NCBI GenBank assembly: GCA_963813535.1
Contig: CAWEZH010000001.1
Coordinates: 145,093 to 209,092 of the forward strand
Origin: an uncultured Chloroflexia bacterium
GTDB taxonomy: Bacteria; Chloroflexota; Limnocylindria; Limnocylindrales; CSP1-4
DNA length: 64,000 bases
Direction of reading: 5' to 3'
Positions 11,353-22,925 of the stretch are shown here, one piece after another (position 1 is the first letter of the stretch; each line of letters opens with the position of its first letter). A program made the position numbers and the translations under genes. The notes under the pieces are model-generated. The model saw nothing but the letters and a program-made list of their open reading frames with translations, was not told where the DNA came from and searched no databases.

Positions 11353-11972
11353 GAGCTCGACCCGTCGTCGGTCGTGGCGGTCACATCGGTGGTCTCCGCC
11401 GCACCAGCAGCGCCCTCCGTCATCACCGACGTCTCGAGCAATTCCTCGAGGCGCTCGTCGTAGCGCGCGAGGAAGGCGCCGTTGCGTCCCGTCCGGCCCG
11501 ACTGATCGGGGATCCGCCCGCCGATCCACAACCAACCCGCGGATTCCTCGAACAAGCGGTCGGCGATGCCGACGATCCGTGCGAGCGCGAGACCCAGGCC
11601 ATCGGCCGTCGGCGGAACGGGTGCATCGGCGATCGGCAGCTCGACGGCCAGCAATGGCCGCTCGTCCTCGCTCAACGAGAACTTGGCGAACGGGAATTCA
11701 TCGTTCCAGCGGAGCAGCTTGCGGTACGACTTCCGGAACATGTCACCGATCGGCGGCGCGAACTGGGCCCAGCAGATCAAGGCCAGGGCGGGGTCGAGGA
11801 TGACCGTCACCCGGAGGTCGAAGCGGCGGCGACCGTCGAGCACGAGATCCCAGCTGGCGATCCCATCGCGCTCGGCCCGGTCGACGGGCTCCAGGCCCAG
11901 GTCGGTGAGCCAGCGCTCGACGTCGGCCGGCGAAGCAGCGCCCAAGGGCGCGCCGAGGTCGGCGGAAGGCAT
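11349..11972 (-). CDS. YbjN-like (type III chaperone fold) protein
   Basis: YRKLLRWNDEFPFAKFSL pattern typical of the YbjN family; leaderless TAGACT promoter. Confidence 0.65.
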   Translation of the reverse strand: MPSADLGAPLGAASPADVERWLTDLGLEPVDRAERDGIASWDLVLDGRRRFDLRVTVILDPALALICWAQFAPPIGDMFRKSYRKLLRWNDEFPFAKFSLSEDERPLLAVELPIADAPVPPTADGLGLALARIVGIADRLFEESAGWLWIGGRIPDQSGRTGRNGAFLARYDERLEELLETSVMTEGAAGAAETTDVTATTDDGSSS

Positions 11973-12034
11973 GGCCCGCGGAGTCTAGCCGAATTCGCTG
12001 CGGCGGTCGACCTCGGCGTCGATCCGGCAGACGG

Positions 12035-13375
12035 TCAGCGGCGGCCGCGGGCCGCCCTGCTCGCCACGGGCTCGACGTGGTCGACTCGCCCGTGGCCGTG
12101 CGAGCGACGGGATCCGGCGCGCGTCTCGATCGACTCGCCGCTCTTGATGACCTTCTTCGAGAAGTCGCCGATCCGCACGTCCGCGGCCACACGGACGTTG
12201 CGCCCGACGCGCGTGCCGCGCGGGACGACCGCACGCTTGCCGACGACGGTGATGCCGGCGTTGAGACGGGTCGGCTCCTGCTTGTTCGGTCGATCGTCGA
12301 ACGGTCCCGAACCCACGATCGCGCCCTGCCCGACCACGACCTCCTTGTCGAGGATCGCCCGGTCGACGACCGATCCGGACTTGATGTGCGAGTCGAACAT
12401 CACGATCGAGTCCCGCACGACGGCGCCGACGTCGACCTTCACACCGGGCGACAGGACCGAGTTCACGACCGTCCCGTTGATGATGCATCCGTGGCTGATG
12501 AGGCTCCGATGGACCTGGGCCGTCGGCCCGACCTTGGCCGGCGCTCGCTCCTCGGAGCGGGTGTGGATCACCCACTCGGGGTCATACAGGTCGAGCTCCG
12601 CGTCGTCCTGGAGGAGCGCCATGTTGGCCTCCCAGTACGACTGGATCGTCCCGACGTCCTGCCAGTAGCCGTTGTAGCGATAGCCGTACACGCGGGCCTC
12701 GGCCTCGAGCATGTCGGGGATGACGTGTCGCCCGAAATCGACCCGGTCTTCGGACAGCCAGCGGCGGAGCGTCTTCTTGGAGAAGACGTAGACACCCATC
12801 GACGCGAGGTCGCTCTTGGGCTGCTTCGGCTTTTCCTGCCACTCGATGACGCGGTCGTTCTCATCCATCGCGAGGATGCCCATCCGGGACGCCTCGGCGA
12901 GCGGCACGCGGCGGACCGCGATCGTCACGTCCGCCCGGCGCCGTCGGTGGGCGGCGATGAACGGCTGGTAATCCATCTTGTAGATGTGGTCACCTGCGAG
13001 GACGACCACGGTGTCGGATGGATCGTGCTCGATGACATTCATGTTGCGCAGCACGGCGTCGGCCGTGCCTCGGTACCACTCGGCGACCCTGCCTCGGGCG
13101 ACGTACGGCTGGAGCAGCTTCACGCCACCCCGGTTGCGGTCGAGGTCCCACGGCCGACCGAGGCCGATGTGATCGTTGAGGGAGCGCGGGTTGTACTGCG
13201 TCAGGACGACCACATCGTGGATGTCCGAGTTGACGCAGTTCGACAGCGTGAAGTCAATGATCCGGTACTTGCCGCCGAACGGGACCGCAGGCTTGGCGCG
13301 CTCCTGGGAGAGGATCGACAGCCGCTCGCCCTCGCCGCCCGCGAGGATGATCGCCATCGTGCGCTTCACGGCCAC
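12035..13375 (-). CDS. glgC: Glucose-1-phosphate adenylyltransferase
   Basis: [42 protein letters not shown] and YWQDVGT motifs. Confidence 0.95.
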   Translation of the reverse strand: MAVKRTMAIILAGGEGERLSILSQERAKPAVPFGGKYRIIDFTLSNCVNSDIHDVVVLTQYNPRSLNDHIGLGRPWDLDRNRGGVKLLQPYVARGRVAEWYRGTADAVLRNMNVIEHDPSDTVVVLAGDHIYKMDYQPFIAAHRRRRADVTIAVRRVPLAEASRMGILAMDENDRVIEWQEKPKQPKSDLASMGVYVFSKKTLRRWLSEDRVDFGRHVIPDMLEAEARVYGYRYNGYWQDVGTIQSYWEANMALLQDDAELDLYDPEWVIHTRSEERAPAKVGPTAQVHRSLISHGCIINGTVVNSVLSPGVKVDVGAVVRDSIVMFDSHIKSGSVVDRAILDKEVVVGQGAIVGSGPFDDRPNKQEPTRLNAGITVVGKRAVVPRGTRVGRNVRVAADVRIGDFSKKVIKSGESIETRAGSRRSHGHGRVDHVEPVASRAARGRR

Positions 13376-13441
13376 GGTGCGCCTCCCGAGTCGGTGGGGA
13401 TCCTGGGGCTCGATGCTAGCACGGGTACCCGCTCGGACGAC

Positions 13442-14812
13442 CTACAGGAACAGCCTCGGATTCGCGAAGTCATCGTTCAACTCGACCATCCAATGGAGGT
13501 GCGCGCCCGTCGCGTGGCCGGTCGAACCCTGGGTGCCGATGACCTGACCCTTCTTCACGGACTGGCCGGCCTTGAACGGGCAGCCTGGGACCATGTGGGC
13601 ATACCAGGTCTTGAGGTTCCCGGCGTGGGCGATGACGACGATCCAGGCCGGGTCCGGGCCATCCGCCCAGTTCCAGTCGCACTTGACGACGATGCCGGCC
13701 GCGGAAGCGCGGACCTTGGCGCCGGATGGGCCCACGAGGTCGATGCCGTTGTGGAAATGCGCGCAACCGTGTCCGGGAGCGTAGTACTCGAACGAGCTGC
13801 AGCCGTAGTCGCCGCTGACGGTGAAGTCGGCCATCGGCCAGCGCATCGTGCCGTTGAACCTGCTCGGGATCCGTCCGCTGCGGACCTGGGCGGCCACGAG
13901 CGCGTTGATCTTGACGGCGAGCGCCCGTTGATCGGCGGCGGCCTTGCGGATGATCGCGGCCGCGTTGGCCTTGTTGCGGACGAGTGATGCGTAGCGCGCC
14001 TTCTGCTGGGCGAGCGCTCGCGCGACCTGCCGCTCCAGCCGGCGCAGCTCCTGCCTGGTCTCCTTGAGACCACGCAGCGCCTTGTCGAGGTCGCGCTTCT
14101 GGGCGGCCGTCTGCTGGCGCAGGACGTTGGTCCGGGCACGTGTGTCGGCGACGGTCTGGTGGATCGCGGCGAGCGTCTCCTTGGCCCTGGCGATGCCCTC
14201 GGCAAGGGCCTTGTCCTGTTCCCCCACGTCGATGTAGTAGCTCATCTCGGCGAGCAGGTCCGTGAAGGAGCCGCCGGACAGGAAGGTCTCGAGCGGCGAC
14301 GTCCTGTTGGTGTCGTAGGCGCTGCGGACCCGATCGGCCAGTTGCGCGCGACGAGCCGCCAGCTCGAGGCGCTTCGCCTCCTCCTGTGCGACGACCCGTT
14401 GCAACTCGGCGTCCATCGTCTTCAGCTGGGCGACCAGGTCCTGGTAGACCGCCTTGACCTTGTTGATGCGGGTCTGCATCCGGACGATCTTCTTGCGGAC
14501 CGATTCGAGGTCCGCGCCGACCTTCCGAAGCTGGTTCCTGGTGTCGGAGATCTCGGCCGACAGGCCCTTCTGGAGGTCGTTGATCGCAGCGAGCTGGGCC
14601 TTCTGCTCGGCGACCTCCTTCTTGAGCGCCGCCTGCTTGGCCTTCGCGTCCGACAGCTCGTCGGCCCGCACTGGTGTGCTCGCGGCGGGGGCGCCCAGGA
14701 GGCCCGCCACGAGCGGGAACAGCAGCAGCAATGTCGGGAGATGGCGACGGATGCGCCGCGGCCGTGGCCGGACCTGGTTCGACCAACCGGTCGGTCCGGG
14801 GCGTGCGTCCAT
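13442..14812 (-). CDS. Coiled-coil plus M23 metallopeptidase (peptidoglycan hydrolase, EnvC/CwlO-like architecture)
   Basis: Signal peptide, long coiled coil, HNGID, YAHM and GAHLH zinc motifs. Confidence 0.9.
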   Translation of the reverse strand: MDARPGPTGWSNQVRPRPRRIRRHLPTLLLLFPLVAGLLGAPAASTPVRADELSDAKAKQAALKKEVAEQKAQLAAINDLQKGLSAEISDTRNQLRKVGADLESVRKKIVRMQTRINKVKAVYQDLVAQLKTMDAELQRVVAQEEAKRLELAARRAQLADRVRSAYDTNRTSPLETFLSGGSFTDLLAEMSYYIDVGEQDKALAEGIARAKETLAAIHQTVADTRARTNVLRQQTAAQKRDLDKALRGLKETRQELRRLERQVARALAQQKARYASLVRNKANAAAIIRKAAADQRALAVKINALVAAQVRSGRIPSRFNGTMRWPMADFTVSGDYGCSSFEYYAPGHGCAHFHNGIDLVGPSGAKVRASAAGIVVKCDWNWADGPDPAWIVVIAHAGNLKTWYAHMVPGCPFKAGQSVKKGQVIGTQGSTGHATGAHLHWMVELNDDFANPRLFL

Positions 14813-15015
14813 GCGATCCGTTCCGGTGCGGCGGCGAATCACGAGGGCGACGTCATCGTGCGAGTAGGCTCCGTAGGCGATGCCGTGGTGGCGGGGCACA
14901 GCACCGAACGACGGTCACACCCGCCGGTGGGTCGCCGTCCCTGGGACTGGCACAGCCGCAGGACGACGCCGGATCCGGCTCCCCGGGATGATACCCGTCG
15001 AGTCCAGCGACTGTC
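14813..15015 (-). ncRNA. Candidate structured 5' leader of the M23 hydrolase
   Basis: About 200 nt after a TAGACT -10 (15022-15027), with several nested and alternative stems (see findings). Confidence 0.4.
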
Positions 15016-15154
15016 CTCGAAAGTCTAGCCGCCAGGGCCCGTACGACCGGATGGGCCGATGGTCCCCATCGGGTACTAGACCGCATGGTGGCGCCACACG
15101 ATGCTCTGCCGGCGCGTCGTCCTCCTGCGAGCCGGGACGTGCGCCGTGTAATGA

Positions 15155-16985
15155 ATGGACCCGGCCCGCGTCATCTTCGGCATGTCGAACACCCGTCACT
15201 CGTTCGGCCGCCTGTCGCTCGCGCTTCTGGTCGTGGTCGGTGCCCTCTCCTGGACGACTGGTCCCATACACGCCCGAGCGAGCCATGCGACGCCGCGCTC
15301 GGGTGAACCCGGCGTCGACTGCAACCCGCACGGCTCACCGCCACGGGAGCAGGCCGAGGAGATCCGGTCCGGCAAGCTCACGCTCCGACCGTTCCGCTCC
15401 ATCCGGTTCCCGCGGAACCCGACGTGGAAGGAAGATCCCTTCCACGACGTGAACTGGGTGTTCCGCTATCAGTCGCTCCGGTTCATCCTGCCGCTGGTCC
15501 GCACGTGGCACCGCACAGGCGACTCCTGGTACATCCGGCGGGCCGTCTTCCTGGTTCGCGACTGGATCGCCGACAACCCTCGGTCCGCGCCGGCATCCCC
15601 GGCCGCCTGGGGCGATCTGCAGACGGCCTGGCGTGCCATGGTCCTCGCGTGCATCGTCCAGGCCCTGCCCGGCGCCACCTGGGCCCGCAACGCCCTGGCC
15701 AGCCATGCCCGCCTGCTGGCGACCCCCTCGTTCTACCGCTGGCACGGCAATCACGCCCTTGGGCAGGACCGTGCGCTGATGATCGCCGGCTGCACGCTCC
15801 GCCGTCCCGGGTGGGTACGCCTGGCGACGAGGCGGCTCACTGCGCTCGTCGTCGACAGCGTCGACGATCAAGGGGTCACGAACGAGCAGGCCGTCTTCTA
15901 TCAGTACTACAACTACAGCGGGTATCGCGCGGCCGCCGACCGACTGAGACGCTGCGGCTACGCGGTGCCCGCAGCGATGCGTCGGATCGACCGGATGCCG
16001 ACGATTCCTGGCACACGCCACCCTGCCCGACGGCACGTACGTGATGCTGGGCGACACGGTCAGGCGGTCGGCGGCATCGATCGCCGGGACGCCCGCCGAG
16101 TTCGCGGCGACGTTCGGACGCCGCGGGCCGCGGCCGACGGCAGTCTTCGCCCGCTATCGGGCAGGGTTCGTGTTCGGCAGGACCGGATGGGGGGAGCGCC
16201 GCGCCTTCCGCGACGAGGCCGCGTACAGCCTTCGTTTCGGGCCGGGCCGGCGCTCGCACGGTCATGCCGAGCACGGATCCGTCACGTTGTACGCCTATGG
16301 GAAGCGGCTGGTCGACGACAGCGGCACGTTCACGCTGAATCAGAACCCGTGGCGCTGGTTCGCACTGGGTCGAACGGCCCACAACGTCGTGACCGTGGAC
16401 GGTGTCGCGTACGACCCGTCCATCACGGCGCCACTGACGATGACGCGATCGGGTGCGGCGCGCGATGACCTGACCGTCGTCGACCGGGGCAATGCCGGCG
16501 TCGTCCACCGGCGACGCGTGCTCTTCTCGAGGCGACTCGGCTACCTCGTGGTCGAGGATCGGGTGTCCGCCAGCACCTCACGCACCTTCCGTCAGCTGTG
16601 GCACCTCGATTCCGGCACGGCGCCCGTCGTCAGCGCCCGGACGGTCAGGACGACCCGCGCGGCTGGCAATGTCCGCATCGTCCAGCTAGCGGTCGACGCG
16701 AAGCAGCGGATCATCGAGGGTCGCTCCGCGCCGGTCCAGGGCTGGATCTCCGACAACCTCAGTCGGCGACGACCCGCCCCGGTCGTGGAGGCGGTCGCCC
16801 GAGGACGATCGGTCCGCTACCTGACGCTCGTCGTGCCGACTCGCCGCCCGAACGATCGGGTCTTCGTCTCGAACGTCCGGTTGACGCCGGGCGGGTGGAG
16901 CTTCGACATCGACGTCGCCGGCGTCCGCGAGCACGTCCAGGCGACGTCGTACAACTCGGTCATCAGCTCGATCCGCGAACGGTAG
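15155..16985 (+). CDS. Heparinase II/III family secreted protein, frameshift near 16004
   Basis: N-half has GNHALGQD and GVTNEQAVFYQ; C-half has LGDT, HGHAEHGS, DSG and AHNVVTVDG. Removing one base near 16004 gives ...MPxFLAHATLPDGTYVMLGDT. Confidence 0.8.
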
Positions 16986-17001
16986 CGGGGGGAGCGCCCG
17001 A

Positions 17002-17649
17002 CTAACCCCGGATCAGCACCGCCCACAGCGCGCCGAGGATGAGGAACGGGCCGAACGGCACGAAGCTCCGCCGCGAGATCCGTCTCGCCAACAGCAGTAC
17101 CAGCAGGACCGCCCCGGCCAGGATCAGCCCGAACAGCGTGGCGCTGAGCGAGCGATCGCCACCGATCATCAACCCCATCCCCGCCAGGAACTTCACGTCG
17201 CCCATCCCGAACGCGCCGGCCCCGAAGGGCAGGGACGGCAGGTACAGCAGCGCGGGGATCAGCACGGCGGCCGCGATGGCCAGCAGGAGCGCTCCACCGA
17301 CCAGCGGGTTCAGCCCGGTGAGGGCGTACAGCAGCGCGAGCGGGATCACGGGCAGCGTCAGTTCGTCGGGCAGTATCCGCTGATCGAGGTCCGTGGCCAG
17401 CCCGACGACCAGCGTCGCGAACCATGCCCCGAACGCGAGGAGCGCCAGCGTGTCGCCGGCGAATCGCATCGGCAGCAAGCCGAGGGCGACAGCTCCGACC
17501 GCCCCGCACAGGACCGTCCGCCAGTCGACCGGACGACCTGGCGGATGCTCCTCGTCGTGTTCGGGCCAGCGCGTCGAGAAACGGTCGGCGGCGACGCCGA
17601 GCGCGCCGCCCGCGAAGGCGAGGACGAGGCCGAGCAGGTCGATCGTCAG
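17002..17649 (-). CDS. Prepilin peptidase (A24) lacking the N-terminal Zn/methyltransferase cysteines
   Basis: ATDLDQRILPD, GMGDVKF and VPFGPFL motifs; probable CTG start overlapping the pepA stop. Confidence 0.85.
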   Translation of the reverse strand: MTIDLLGLVLAFAGGALGVAADRFSTRWPEHDEEHPPGRPVDWRTVLCGAVGAVALGLLPMRFAGDTLALLAFGAWFATLVVGLATDLDQRILPDELTLPVIPLALLYALTGLNPLVGGALLLAIAAAVLIPALLYLPSLPFGAGAFGMGDVKFLAGMGLMIGGDRSLSATLFGLILAGAVLLVLLLARRISRRSFVPFGPFLILGALWAVLIRG

Positions 17650-19157
17650 GCGGCCCCGGCGAGGGCCAGCTCGACGAGCGTGGCATGGGCGACCCCGGTC
17701 GCGCCACGCGCCCCGAACGGCAGCGCCTTGCGGTAATACGCCGTCCCGGCGATGTCGAGATGGACCCACGGCACCGTCGCGAACTCGCGCAGGAACAGGC
17801 CACTCTTCACGAGCGAGCCATCTGCGCCGCTCGAGTTCTGGAAGTCGGCGTACCAGCTCTCCATGTCGGGGACGTAGTCCTCGATCAGTGGCAGTTGCCA
17901 GTAGCGCTCTCCGGCGCGACCCGCCGCCGCCACGACGTCGTCGTACCACGCCTGCGGCTGCCCGAAGGCGCCCGTCACGAGATGCCCGAGCGCGCGCGCG
18001 ACCGCCCCGGTCAGCGTCGCGACATCGACCAGGTGGGTCGCGCCGAGACGCTCCGCATAGGTCATGGCGTCACCGAGGATCAGGCGGCCCTCGGCGTCGG
18101 TGTTGGTGATGTCGACCTTCTTGCCGTTGAGCGCCGTGACGATGTCACCGGGCCGGGTAGAGTGCGGGCCGGGCATGTTCTCGACGGCGGGAGCGACCGC
18201 CAGGAGCGGGGTCCCCGGGGCGAGGCGAGCGACGGTCTCGATCGCGGCGATGACCGTGCAGGCACCGGTCTTGTCCATCTTCATCTCTTCCATCCGGTCG
18301 GATGGCTTGATGCTGATGCCGCCGGAGTCGAAGCAGACGCCCTTGCCGATGATGGCCAGATGCCGGTCGAGCGAGTCGCGCTCCCCTTCCCCACCCGAGC
18401 GCATCACGATCATGCGTGGCGGGTTGTCCGAGCCGCGACCCACCGCCATGAACATGCCCATCCCGAGCTCGGTCGCGCGCCGCTCGTCGATCACGTCGAT
18501 CCACAGACCGTGCCGTTCGGCGATGGTGCGCGCCTCCTCGGCGAGGACGTCGGGGTACATCTCGTTGGCGGCTCGGTTGGACAGCGTCCGGGCGGTGTTG
18601 GCGCCCTCGCCCATGATCACGCCACGCTCCGCACCCGCCGTGACCGCGGACGAGTCACCCCCGGGCACGATGAGGATCAGCTCATCGATCTCGGGCGGTC
18701 GCGACTCGATCTCGGGGCGATACAGCGCTTTCGGGTCGTACGAGCCCTCGACGGCGCCCCGGGCGACCATCTCGGCAGCAGTCGCCGCATCGCCGTCGAA
18801 CCCATCGGCGTCGACGATCGGCGACAACCAGACGGCCATCGATCGGACGGCGCGACCGGCGAGCCGCCTCTCGGCCGTCGCAGCGAGACGGGCCGCCACC
18901 TCGCGGTCGAGCTTATCGGGCTCGCCGGCGCTGACCGTGACGAGCCACTTCGCGGGCAGGTCGCCGCCTCTGGTCATCGCGCTCGTATAGCGCTTCGCTC
19001 GGAGCTCCTTGACCTCCGCCAGCGCGCGCAATCCCCCGCCGGACCGTCGATCGAGCTCATCGATGGGGCCGTCGAACGCGGGCTCGCCGACGATCGGGAT
19101 GACCAGGACGTCGGCCGCGACATCCCACGGCTGGTCGGTGACGACACGAAGCTGCAC
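17646..19157 (-). CDS. pepA: Leucyl aminopeptidase (M17)
   Basis: GKGVCFDSGGISIK, MKMDK, NTDAEGRL and WVHLDIAG motifs. Confidence 0.95.
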   Translation of the reverse strand: MQLRVVTDQPWDVAADVLVIPIVGEPAFDGPIDELDRRSGGGLRALAEVKELRAKRYTSAMTRGGDLPAKWLVTVSAGEPDKLDREVAARLAATAERRLAGRAVRSMAVWLSPIVDADGFDGDAATAAEMVARGAVEGSYDPKALYRPEIESRPPEIDELILIVPGGDSSAVTAGAERGVIMGEGANTARTLSNRAANEMYPDVLAEEARTIAERHGLWIDVIDERRATELGMGMFMAVGRGSDNPPRMIVMRSGGEGERDSLDRHLAIIGKGVCFDSGGISIKPSDRMEEMKMDKTGACTVIAAIETVARLAPGTPLLAVAPAVENMPGPHSTRPGDIVTALNGKKVDITNTDAEGRLILGDAMTYAERLGATHLVDVATLTGAVARALGHLVTGAFGQPQAWYDDVVAAAGRAGERYWQLPLIEDYVPDMESWYADFQNSSGADGSLVKSGLFLREFATVPWVHLDIAGTAYYRKALPFGARGATGVAHATLVELALAGAA

Positions 19158-19297
19158 GGTGGTGTGGATCCTCCCGGGATTGCAGGCCGCTGGCGGTGCC
19201 CCTGTCGCGGCGGTCGCAGTGGTGTGGCGGCAGTGTACCCGTCAGTCAGGACCCGGGGCGGCATCTCCGCGATGCTGGTGCCGCGGCGCCCCGGCAG

Positions 19298-20260
19298 TCA
19301 GGGCGCGGGCTGGTCCGCGGGTCGTGCGAGGCCCTCCTCGAGGTCGGTATGGGCCTGCTCGATCTCGATCGCAGCGGCGTTGATGCCGCCCTGCCCGATG
19401 TCCGACATGATCAGGACGAGCGACCTCGTGTCGGGCGGCAACCGGTCCTTGGCGCGCTGCTCGGCCTGCATGAGCTTGCGGACCTCGTCGGGGCCATCGC
19501 CGTTCCGCACCGCCCGATAGAGAGCGCGCAGCGCGACGTCGTAGTCACCGCTCCGGTCCAGCCACTGATCGAGCGTGGTGACGTCCACCGTGGCGGCCAG
19601 CCGGTCGCGCATCGTCTTCGCGTCGGCGATCGCGGCATCCGCATCATCGAGGTGTTCGAGCGCTCCCGCGTACCGGCCTCGACGACCGTCGGCCGCGGCA
19701 TCCACCACGGCCTTGTCGTGCGCGGCGAGCAGCCTCGACAGGCGATTCGCGCTGAGGGCGCTGACGGTCAGCTGGGTCCAGGCGCTTTCGATCCCGTCGG
19801 TCGCGTCGAGGGCACCCAGGTACGCGGCGTGCCGTTCACGCGTCGCCGGTGACAGCTCATAGCCCTGCGCATGACTCCCGATGACCGGAACCTCGGCGAG
19901 GGCGTCGCGGATGCCCTGCACCCGCGCCTTGATGTCCCCGATGAGGGCGGTGCCATGGGCGGTCGCCGTGTCGATCGCCTCGGTCGAGTTGCTCGACAGG
20001 GACGCGAGGATGACCCGCGAATGTTGGCCGAGCATCTCGACGGCGACGGACAACTCGCCGATCTGGGTCTCGATCGCGTCCAGTGACGCATCGACCTGTG
20101 CGTCGCCGTACCCCGTCCGGCCGGTCCGGTCGCTCCCGTCGGCGGCCGGCGTGTCCATCCCGGCGACGATCCCGGCGGCACCGAGCGCGATGAGCAGGGC
20201 GGCCAGCAGCCAGACGAGCGTCACGACGGCCTGCCGCGCGAGGTCGGCGATGTTGGTCAG
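19298..20260 (-). CDS. Hypothetical membrane-anchored alpha-helical protein
   Basis: N-terminal TM followed by a helical domain; GGAGG SD spaced before CTG 20260. Confidence 0.7.
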   Translation of the reverse strand: MTNIADLARQAVVTLVWLLAALLIALGAAGIVAGMDTPAADGSDRTGRTGYGDAQVDASLDAIETQIGELSVAVEMLGQHSRVILASLSSNSTEAIDTATAHGTALIGDIKARVQGIRDALAEVPVIGSHAQGYELSPATRERHAAYLGALDATDGIESAWTQLTVSALSANRLSRLLAAHDKAVVDAAADGRRGRYAGALEHLDDADAAIADAKTMRDRLAATVDVTTLDQWLDRSGDYDVALRALYRAVRNGDGPDEVRKLMQAEQRAKDRLPPDTRSLVLIMSDIGQGGINAAAIEIEQAHTDLEEGLARPADQPAP

Positions 20261-20336
20261 CGGGGTCCTCCGGGTCGGCAGCGGGAGGGGACGGATCGGT
20301 TCGACGGTCGAGGCCGCGGAATCGTAGCATCGGCTG

Positions 20337-21452
20337 GTGACCGTCCCCGATGCGCATCGGACCGATGGGCGTGCTCCCAAGGATGCCGGACCTGCCGCCA
20401 TCGAGCGCACGGCCGTGCGGCGGCTGCTCGAGGCGATGCCCAAGGCAGAGCTGCACCTCCATCTCGACGGCTCGGTCCGCATCGACACGGCGATCGACCT
20501 GGCGCGGTCCCGCGGCGTCGATGCCCCACGGGACTGGGTCGGGATGTCGGACGCGCTGATCGGCGAGATGCCGGGCACGTCGCAGGCCGAGCTGCTCAAG
20601 CGATTCGACCTGCCGATCGCGCTGATGCAGGACGCCGAAGCGCTCGAACGGATCGCCTACGAACTCGTCGAGGCGAAGGCCGCCGACAACGTGCGCTACA
20701 TCGAGGTCCGCTGGGGACCGCTGCTCCACGTCGCCAAGGGCCTGTCACTGGCCGATGGGATCGCCGCGGTCTGTCGCGGAGCGAACGCCGCCGCCCAGCG
20801 GACCGGCGTGACCGTGCGACTGATCTCGACCGCGCTGCGCTCGCACGACCCCGAACGGAACGTGGAGCTGGCGGAGACTGCCGCCCGGTTCATCGATCAG
20901 GGTCTGACCGCCTGGGACCTGGCGGGCCAGGAGGCGGCCTACCCGGACCCGGTGATCCACGCCCGCTCGTTCGAGGCGGCCCGGGCCAACGGGCTGCGCA
21001 TGACGATCCACGCCGGCGAGTGGGGTGGTGCGCCGCAGGTGCGACGCGCGATGGTCGTCGACCCCGAGCGCATCGCGCACGGGCTCAGCGCCATCGAGGA
21101 TGCGGCTCTGTGCGCCGAGCTCCGGGCGCGGGGCATCACACTCGATCTCGCGCCACACTCGAACTGGCAGGCGGGCAGCGTCCCGTCGGTCGCCGAGCAC
21201 CCGCTCGGGCCGCTCTACCGGATGGGCGTGCCGGTCACGCTCAACACCGACGATCTGACCGTCTCGGACCTGACGCTGTCGGAGGAGTACATCGCGGCGC
21301 ACGAGGAGATCGGGTTGAGCCTGCCCGACCTGTGGGCGATCGATCGCCACGCGCTCGACGTCGCATTCGCCGACGAGGCGACCCTCGCCCCGCTCCGTAC
21401 CGAGTTCGGCGCCTGGGCGGCGCGCATCCCCGAATTGACCGGGACGCCCTAG
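20337..21452 (+). CDS. add: Adenosine deaminase
   Basis: PKAELHLHLDGS, TIHAGE, ERIAHG and LNTDD motifs. Confidence 0.92.
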   Translation: MTVPDAHRTDGRAPKDAGPAAIERTAVRRLLEAMPKAELHLHLDGSVRIDTAIDLARSRGVDAPRDWVGMSDALIGEMPGTSQAELLKRFDLPIALMQDAEALERIAYELVEAKAADNVRYIEVRWGPLLHVAKGLSLADGIAAVCRGANAAAQRTGVTVRLISTALRSHDPERNVELAETAARFIDQGLTAWDLAGQEAAYPDPVIHARSFEAARANGLRMTIHAGEWGGAPQVRRAMVVDPERIAHGLSAIEDAALCAELRARGITLDLAPHSNWQAGSVPSVAEHPLGPLYRMGVPVTLNTDDLTVSDLTLSEEYIAAHEEIGLSLPDLWAIDRHALDVAFADEATLAPLRTEFGAWAARIPELTGTP

Positions 21453-22303
21453 ACCTTCGACGTCTCGAGGTGCTCCAGCGCGGCGGCGAGCTCCGCGGCA
21501 TCCGCGGCGACCGCATCGGGCTGGGCGTCGGGCGGGAGAGCGTCGACCTCCGCGCGCGAGGTGATCCCGGTCAGCATGAGGACGCTGCGCGCGCCGACCG
21601 CCTTCGCGCCGGCCAGGTCGGTGCCGATCCCGTCGCCGATCATCACCGCCTCCGTCGCCGATCGCCCGACAGCTTCAGCGGCCATCTCGAGCAGGTGCGG
21701 CTCCGGTTTGCCGATCGACAGGGGTGTCACGCCCGTGGTCGCTTCGAGGGCCGCGGCGATCGCCCCGGCACCCGGCCGGAGACCACGCTCCGTGGGATAG
21801 ACGGGGTCACGATTCGTGGCGATGAACCGGGAGCCGGCACGGATGCAGTCCGCGGCCGCTGCGAGGCGGAGGTAGGTCAATACCGGGTCGAGACCGCTCA
21901 CGACGGCGTCCGGTGCACCTGCGGCGGCCCAGCCATCGATGCCCTCCTGGTGCATCCGGGTCGCGGCGTGGGCTGCGGTGACGACCTCCAGCCCGACATC
22001 GCGTAGCTCCCGCTCCAGCCCGCTCGCTCCGAGGGCAAGCACGCGCCGGATGCCGGGCTCGTGCCGCTGGATGTGGAGGGCGGTCGCGCGCGAGGACGAC
22101 ACGATGCGATCGGGCGATACCGGACAGCCCATCGTCGACAGGCGCGTGACGTAGTCGGCTCGGTAGTGCATCGAGTTGTTGGTCACGTAGACGACGTCGT
22201 CGCCGCGGGCTGCCCGATCGGCCAGGACCGCAGCGACACCAGGGACGGGCTCCGCGCCGCGGTAGACGACACCGTCGAGATCGACCAGAAGGAGCAGGCT
22301 CAC
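21449..22303 (-). CDS. HAD-IIA (NagD-like) phosphatase
   Basis: DLDGVVY, VTNNS, ATNRD, IGKP and MIGDGIGTD motifs. Confidence 0.9.
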   Translation of the reverse strand: MSLLLLVDLDGVVYRGAEPVPGVAAVLADRAARGDDVVYVTNNSMHYRADYVTRLSTMGCPVSPDRIVSSSRATALHIQRHEPGIRRVLALGASGLERELRDVGLEVVTAAHAATRMHQEGIDGWAAAGAPDAVVSGLDPVLTYLRLAAAADCIRAGSRFIATNRDPVYPTERGLRPGAGAIAAALEATTGVTPLSIGKPEPHLLEMAAEAVGRSATEAVMIGDGIGTDLAGAKAVGARSVLMLTGITSRAEVDALPPDAQPDAVAADAAELAAALEHLETSKV

Positions 22304-22351
22304 ACGATCGATCGTAGCCGCGGGTCCGATGCCGCGTACAATTCCGGGACC

Positions 22352-22925
22352 GTGCCGACGTCCCACGACCCACTCGCCGCCACCGACCGTCTCATCGTCG
22401 ACGGGTCGAACCTGCTGCCGGCACTCGCCCGCCAGGGGGGTGCCGTGCCGCAGGCCGCCCTCATCGGCCGTCTGCGCGCCGCGATCCCGCCCTCGGTCGG
22501 CGTGGAGTTGGTGTTCGACGGCGCTCCCGAGCCGGGCATGCGCGGGGAGCGGGTCGCCTCGGGGCTGATCGTCCGGCACGCCGGCCGACGCACGGCCGAC
22601 GAGCTCATCCTCAACCTGATCGACCAGACCGGGCGCCGCGGCCGGGAGCAGTGCCGTGGCGCGGCTGCTCGTGGTGACCGACGACCGCGCGCTCCGGGCA
22701 CGGATCCAGCGGTCGGGCGCCCGGACTGCGGGCACCACGTGGTTGCTGGGCCGGCTCGACCGCCCGAAGCTCTCGTCGCCATCCGTCGGGAACCGCCGGC
22801 CGCCCCCGAACCCGACCGCCGCGAACGATGCCGAACGGGAGCCGTGGAAGCCCGGACGGGGCGCGACCGTCAAGCGGGGCAACCCAAATCGCCGCCGTCC
22901 ATCGTCGGGTAGCATGCGGTCGTGA
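22352..22925 (+). CDS. NYN/PIN-like (YacP/Rae1-like) domain protein, frameshift near 22631
   Basis: IVDGSNL, LVFDG and TADELIL in one frame; VVTDDRAL in the next frame. The shift falls at a GGG run. Confidence 0.75.
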
